Assembly (NCBI GenBank): GCA_963835065.1
Contig: CAWIEK010000018.1
Location: forward strand, 1 to 19,019
Source: an uncultured Chthonomonadaceae bacterium
Lineage (GTDB): Bacteria; Armatimonadota; Chthonomonadetes; Chthonomonadales; Chthonomonadaceae
Direction of reading: 5' to 3'
Length of the DNA: 19,019 nt
A program made the translations under genes and the position numbers. This document shows, piece by piece, positions 14,900 through 19,019 of this stretch. The notes under the pieces were generated by a model. The model was not told where the DNA came from. It did no database searches and saw nothing but the letters and a program-made list of their open reading frames with translations. The stretch's first letter is position 1; the number at the start of each line of letters is the position of its first letter.

Positions 14900-16207
14900 C
14901 TATTTCGTAAGGGTAAAGCGGTTTCTGAATTCGTACTTTGCCGAACGGTCTGTTCGGTACTCCTCCTGTAGTGTCAATTTTCCCGGCTGCAGGGAAATGC
15001 GCAGCCGAACCTCGCGGTCATGCGCCACATCCGTTCCCTGAAAAGCGAACTCGCCATCAGGCAGCCGCGTCAATACGCCGTCGCCGCCCAGGTTATGTGA
15101 ACTCTGCGGCCCGCCGTTTTCAATGGCAAACCGACCGGTATTCGGATTGCGCGTGAAGGTCGTGACGTCAACATTAGATGTACCCGTGTAGGTAGCCGTT
15201 AATTCAAGCCTGTCGCCCTGATTCTGGCTGCGGATAACCACGCTTGTCGGATACGTGGAATGGACTTGCGTTTTGTCGTCCGCGTATTCAAGGCTGCCCC
15301 GCCACGTTCCGGCCAGTGTGCTGAACAGGCGGCGCTGCTCGGTTTGAATTACAGATTGCCGACTGAAAATGTAATAGTTTGCCGCGCCGCCCAACAGTAA
15401 AAGCCCTGTTACAGTTCCGATGAGCAGACGCGCAATCAGTTTCCGCGCAGGCTGCCTTGCCGCCTGACGCGCGATATTTGTCACCACATTTGACGCGGAA
15501 GGAGTGGCGTTATATACTCCTACTCGCGCCGCCATTTCGTACACGCCTGCCGGAATTGCCTGCGCGGACTGCTTATCCAGCAGAAGCGTAAGCGCCCCGA
15601 CAGTCACGGCGATGCCTGCTTTCGCCAGGTGCAGGCGCATCTTTTCCAGAGCGCGGGCAACGCGCATACGCGCCGTGTTTTCCGAAACGCCGAAACACGC
15701 GCCGACTTCGGCCAGGCTCTTCTCCTGCATAAAACGCAGCAGAATCGCTTCGCGGTCTGCAGGCTTGAGATGCTCCAGCGCGTCATTCAGGCGCGGCTCT
15801 ATGGTTTCCCAACTTGCGTTGCCACCATTTTGCGGAGGAGTTTCGCGCGCCGCCTGAAGTTCTTTCATCTGCCTCCTGCGCTCCTGTTTCATCAGGTTTC
15901 GAGCGACATAGCGGGCGGCAGTGAAAAGCCAGCCGGCAAGCGTTTCGCAGCGTTTCAACGCGCCCGCCTTTTGGCTCAACAGCAGAAACACTCCCTGTGT
16001 GGCGTCTTCGGCCAGCGTTCGATCCTGTGTTTCGCGCAGGCAGGTGGAGTAAACCAGGCGCGCGTAGCGGCGGGCTAATTCCGCAAACGCGGCTTCCGAA
16101 CCGGCGTCCGCGTAAAGCCGCGCCAACTCGCCGTCCGGCTTGCCTTTCAATGCTTCCGGCGTAAATGTTTGTGCTTGTGCCTGCATGTTTGCGTTATTTT
16201 GTTTCAT
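14900..16207 (-). CDS. ECF sigma-70 factor with a C-terminal TM helix and extracytoplasmic beta-rich domain
   Basis: Region 2 (AFAELARRY...AEDATQGVFLLL...LAGWL) and region 4 (DREAILLRF...SLAEVG...SENTARMRVARAL); TM LLIGTVTGLLLLGGAANYYIF. The start may be 16186. Confidence 0.9.
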   Translation of the reverse strand: MKQNNANMQAQAQTFTPEALKGKPDGELARLYADAGSEAAFAELARRYARLVYSTCLRETQDRTLAEDATQGVFLLLSQKAGALKRCETLAGWLFTAARYVARNLMKQERRRQMKELQAARETPPQNGGNASWETIEPRLNDALEHLKPADREAILLRFMQEKSLAEVGACFGVSENTARMRVARALEKMRLHLAKAGIAVTVGALTLLLDKQSAQAIPAGVYEMAARVGVYNATPSASNVVTNIARQAARQPARKLIARLLIGTVTGLLLLGGAANYYIFSRQSVIQTEQRRLFSTLAGTWRGSLEYADDKTQVHSTYPTSVVIRSQNQGDRLELTATYTGTSNVDVTTFTRNPNTGRFAIENGGPQSSHNLGGDGVLTRLPDGEFAFQGTDVAHDREVRLRISLQPGKLTLQEEYRTDRSAKYEFRNRFTLTK

Positions 16208-17444
16208 GGACGGGAATGATGGCGCAGCCGATGGCCTTGCCGGTCTTTACCCCAACCGGATTGCCTGCCGCGAGTTCGTGAAGCGCCTGCCGCAAGTAGG
16301 ATTTCTGGACGCGCTTTGCCGTCACATTGTCGTCAAAACCGCCTATGTACCGCAGTTTGCCTTCACGGTCAAGGACGGCAAAGGTCAGGGACTGCTTGAT
16401 TTGAAAACAATCCGCTAACGCGCCGGTGGCATCATCCACGAAGGTCATTTTGAGATAACTCGCTTCGGCGAGCGAGATCGGCGCATTGGGTTTTTCCCGC
16501 CGTCCACAGCGCACCCCAAGAAACGCAAACCCCTTGCCCTCGAACTCCTGCTGAAGCTGCTGCAGGCGCTGCTTGTAAAAATAAGTGACGCCGCACTGTT
16601 CGCTAAAAAAGAACAGTACGCGCGTCTTGTCCCGTTGCCAATCCGAAAGCGCCAAAACGTGTTGGCTGTGATCGGCGCGTATCTCCGGCAGCGTCGTGTT
16701 GAGTGTCACGGGTTGATCCAACTGCGCGAGCGAAATGTGGCCTGCTTGTTGTGGCGTGTCTTGCTGTGCAGCGCCTTGTTGTGGAATGTTTTGTTGGAAA
16801 GCGGCTTGTGTTTTCTGATCCGGTTCATACCGGATGCCGACAACGGCAACCCGCACCTCGATTTTATCCCCAACCAGATTTTCCGGGATGCCTTCGCTGA
16901 TGCCGTATTGGGTACGGCTGACCTCGAAATGGGTACGCAGCACGAGCAGATCGCCCTTGTACTTTCCATTGGTGCGCTCCTCGGCTTTGTCGGGAAAGTA
17001 GTTCGCCGTCACGGGAACTGTAAGGGAAACCGTCACGCCCCGGCAGGTGAAATCCGCCTGCACATCTGCCTTGAACAGATTAGGGGAGGGCTGCGTCACG
17101 TTCAGCACCTTGCGCAAGGTGAAAAATATCTGCGGGTACTTGGCGCCGTTCAGCGCATAACCACGCGCCGTCGCCGTATACCCCTCGTTGGCGAACTGAA
17201 CGCTGGACACATCTACGGCGATTTTGCCCGTCGTTGCCATCGGGTTCTTCGGGTCGAACTGCACGTTCCCGGAGATGCCCTTTGCCCAGCCGACAATCGG
17301 CTCCAGCATAGAGTCGATAGTCAGGCTGACGGCGCTGATTTCTTTCGGGTCTTTGAAATCAAACGTGGACGTGTCGGCTTCGCTTCGGTCACAGGCAAAC
17401 AGCATGGCAATCACCCCCATCATCCGCATCATTTTCAGAAACAT
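16194..17444 (-). CDS. Secreted YceI-domain / peroxiredoxin-like (redoxin) fusion protein, ~416 aa
   Basis: ATG 17444 after GGGGAG; signal peptide. YceI motifs (SGNVQFDP, GKIAVDVSS, KYPQIFF, FTCRGVT, VSRTQYGI), Gln-rich linker, then FFFSEQCGV, RYIGGFDD and AIGCAI. Confidence 0.82.
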   Translation of the reverse strand: MFLKMMRMMGVIAMLFACDRSEADTSTFDFKDPKEISAVSLTIDSMLEPIVGWAKGISGNVQFDPKNPMATTGKIAVDVSSVQFANEGYTATARGYALNGAKYPQIFFTLRKVLNVTQPSPNLFKADVQADFTCRGVTVSLTVPVTANYFPDKAEERTNGKYKGDLLVLRTHFEVSRTQYGISEGIPENLVGDKIEVRVAVVGIRYEPDQKTQAAFQQNIPQQGAAQQDTPQQAGHISLAQLDQPVTLNTTLPEIRADHSQHVLALSDWQRDKTRVLFFFSEQCGVTYFYKQRLQQLQQEFEGKGFAFLGVRCGRREKPNAPISLAEASYLKMTFVDDATGALADCFQIKQSLTFAVLDREGKLRYIGGFDDNVTAKRVQKSYLRQALHELAAGNPVGVKTGKAIGCAIIPVHETK

Positions 17445-17627
17445 TCTGTCTCCCCATTGTGTGAAATAACCGCGTCCCGCATGAGAACGTGGAGAAAGCG
17501 GCACGAAAAATTTATAAAAGAAGTCTTCACAGAGGAAATGTACGCCCACGCGCCAAACCGCACAAAACAAGGAGAAAAGTTTATGAATTTTTTGCGGCTG
17601 TATGCAGGAGACGTTGACAACGCGAAA

Positions 17628-18917
17628 TTACTTCGAGGGGAGGAAGAAACTGACGAGGAGCGCAACGGACAACACAATAAGCACAACGGTTGTTGTCCAC
17701 GCGATTACGTTGTAAACGCGGCTGTTGGCGTGTTCGCCCATCAGCCGCTTGTTGTTGATGAGGCGGAGCATCAAAATCAGAATAATAGGCAGCAGGACGC
17801 CGCCAACGATGTTCGGGAGGATAATGAGGAAGGCGAGATTGTTGCCGCCGAACAAAACGGTCAGCGCGGAAACGGCAATTAAGGCCGTAAATACGCCGAT
17901 AAACAACGGGGCTTCCCGAACGCGCCGCCCCAACCCCGATTCCCAACCCAGCGATTCGGTCACGGCATACGCGGTGGAAAGCGGAACCGTAATCGCGCCA
18001 AAGCAGGAAGCGTTGAACAAGCCGAACGCGAACAGGCCGGTGGCAAGCGAACCGGCAACCGGCTTCAGCGCAGTGGCGATCTGCCCCGCGTCGTTGAACC
18101 GGGAGGCAACCGCGTCCGGCGACACGCCCGCCACAAACAGGGTTTTGCCGCAGCACACGATAATGAAAAACGCCACCAGAATCGCCATAACCGCCCCAAA
18201 CAGCGGATCGGCGGGCGTGTATTCTTCGGGACGAATCCCCTTATCGCGCACGGAACTCTGGATGTAGAACTGTCCCCAGGGCGTAATGGTCGTGCCGATG
18301 ATGTTGATGACAACGAAAATGTAAGCGCGGTCAAGATGAGGAATGGTGGGCAGAAAGGTTTCGTGCAGGACGCGCGCCCAGGGCGGATGCGCGAGGAACG
18401 TGGAAAACAGGTACGCGATATACACCAGCGAGGCCGACAGCAAAACACGCTCCACGCGCTTGTAACTGCTTTTGGTCACGAGCAGCCACACGCCTACGGC
18501 GACAAGCGGAATCACTATCCAGCGGGCGCGGGGCGGCGCGAAAATCTCGATTGCCGCCGTGATGCCCGCAAATTCGGAAACCGTCGTGGCATAGTTGGCG
18601 ACAAGGAGGGCGGTCATGGCGAACAGCGTCACTTTCACGCCGTATTCTTCACGGATTAGATCCGCCAATCCCTTGCCTGTCACCGCGCCCATGCGCGCGC
18701 ACATCTCCTGGCACACGCCCAAACTGACGGCGACAAGTAGCATCACCCACAGCAGCGCGTACCCGTACTGCGCCCCGGCCAGCGAGTAGCCATAAATACC
18801 GCTGGCATCATTGCCCCCAAATGCCGCCACAATGCCGGGACCGACAACGGAAAGCATCAGCAATAGCCGATTCATACGCCAGGGCATGCGCTTGGTTTCC
18901 GTTGTCGAGTTGGGCAA
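17628..18917 (-). CDS. NRAMP/SLC11-family divalent metal transporter, NRMT-like (probably Mg2+)
   Basis: GPGIVAAFGGNDASGI, GAQYGYALLW, QEMCARMGAVTGKGLADLIRE and IGTTITPW motifs; ~11 TM; TTG start after GGAG. Confidence 0.9.
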   Translation of the reverse strand: MPNSTTETKRMPWRMNRLLLMLSVVGPGIVAAFGGNDASGIYGYSLAGAQYGYALLWVMLLVAVSLGVCQEMCARMGAVTGKGLADLIREEYGVKVTLFAMTALLVANYATTVSEFAGITAAIEIFAPPRARWIVIPLVAVGVWLLVTKSSYKRVERVLLSASLVYIAYLFSTFLAHPPWARVLHETFLPTIPHLDRAYIFVVINIIGTTITPWGQFYIQSSVRDKGIRPEEYTPADPLFGAVMAILVAFFIIVCCGKTLFVAGVSPDAVASRFNDAGQIATALKPVAGSLATGLFAFGLFNASCFGAITVPLSTAYAVTESLGWESGLGRRVREAPLFIGVFTALIAVSALTVLFGGNNLAFLIILPNIVGGVLLPIILILMLRLINNKRLMGEHANSRVYNVIAWTTTVVLIVLSVALLVSFFLPSK

Positions 18918-18930
18918 TAGGGATGGCTCC

Positions 18931-18960
18931 GTGACTGGTGATTGGTGGTTGGTGACTGGT
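18931..18960. repeat. Heptamer tandem repeat (GTGAYTG-like) abutting the transporter RBS
   Basis: GTGACTG GTGATTG GTGGTTG GTGACTG GT. Confidence 0.8.
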
Positions 18961-19019
18961 TTAATCCTGTGCTGAAAAAGGCTCTAACGAGCGTACACAG
19001 CTTTTAGAAAGGAACTAGC

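Noticed and set aside
16635..17882. 415-aa plus-strand ORF
   Set aside because: Antisense shadow of the YceI-redoxin and NRAMP genes, with no recognisable motifs.

Overview
Bacterial, mostly GC-rich window. The gene styles (membrane-anchored ECF sigma factor, Tat-exported Gfo/Idh/MocA enzyme, YVTN plus di-haem protein) suggest Armatimonadota or a PVC-like organism, but this is inference only. There are two accessory zones. The first (1-5180) holds the 3' end of a large possible defence ATPase, an orphan antitoxin, several gene stubs and a pseudogene, a lipoprotein, a CX5R phosphatase and an AT-richer M48-peptidase islet closed by two abutting MITE-like inverted repeats. The second (10700-13340) holds two divergent paralogous PD-(D/E)XK-like genes and a Phd/VapC toxin-antitoxin pair, partitioned by three copies of an ~85-95 bp direct repeat spaced 779 and 777 bp apart. 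Between and after these zones lie a beta-propeller/di-haem cytochrome c gene with in-frame heptamer-repeat insertions, a ~1026-codon secreted protein gene interrupted by one in-frame TGA (Cys-UGA) followed by a SECIS-like hairpin, a Gfo/Idh/MocA oxidoreductase, a YceI-redoxin plus ECF sigma gene pair, and an NRAMP-family (NRMT-like) transporter. All family calls come from motif recognition by eye, not from database searches.
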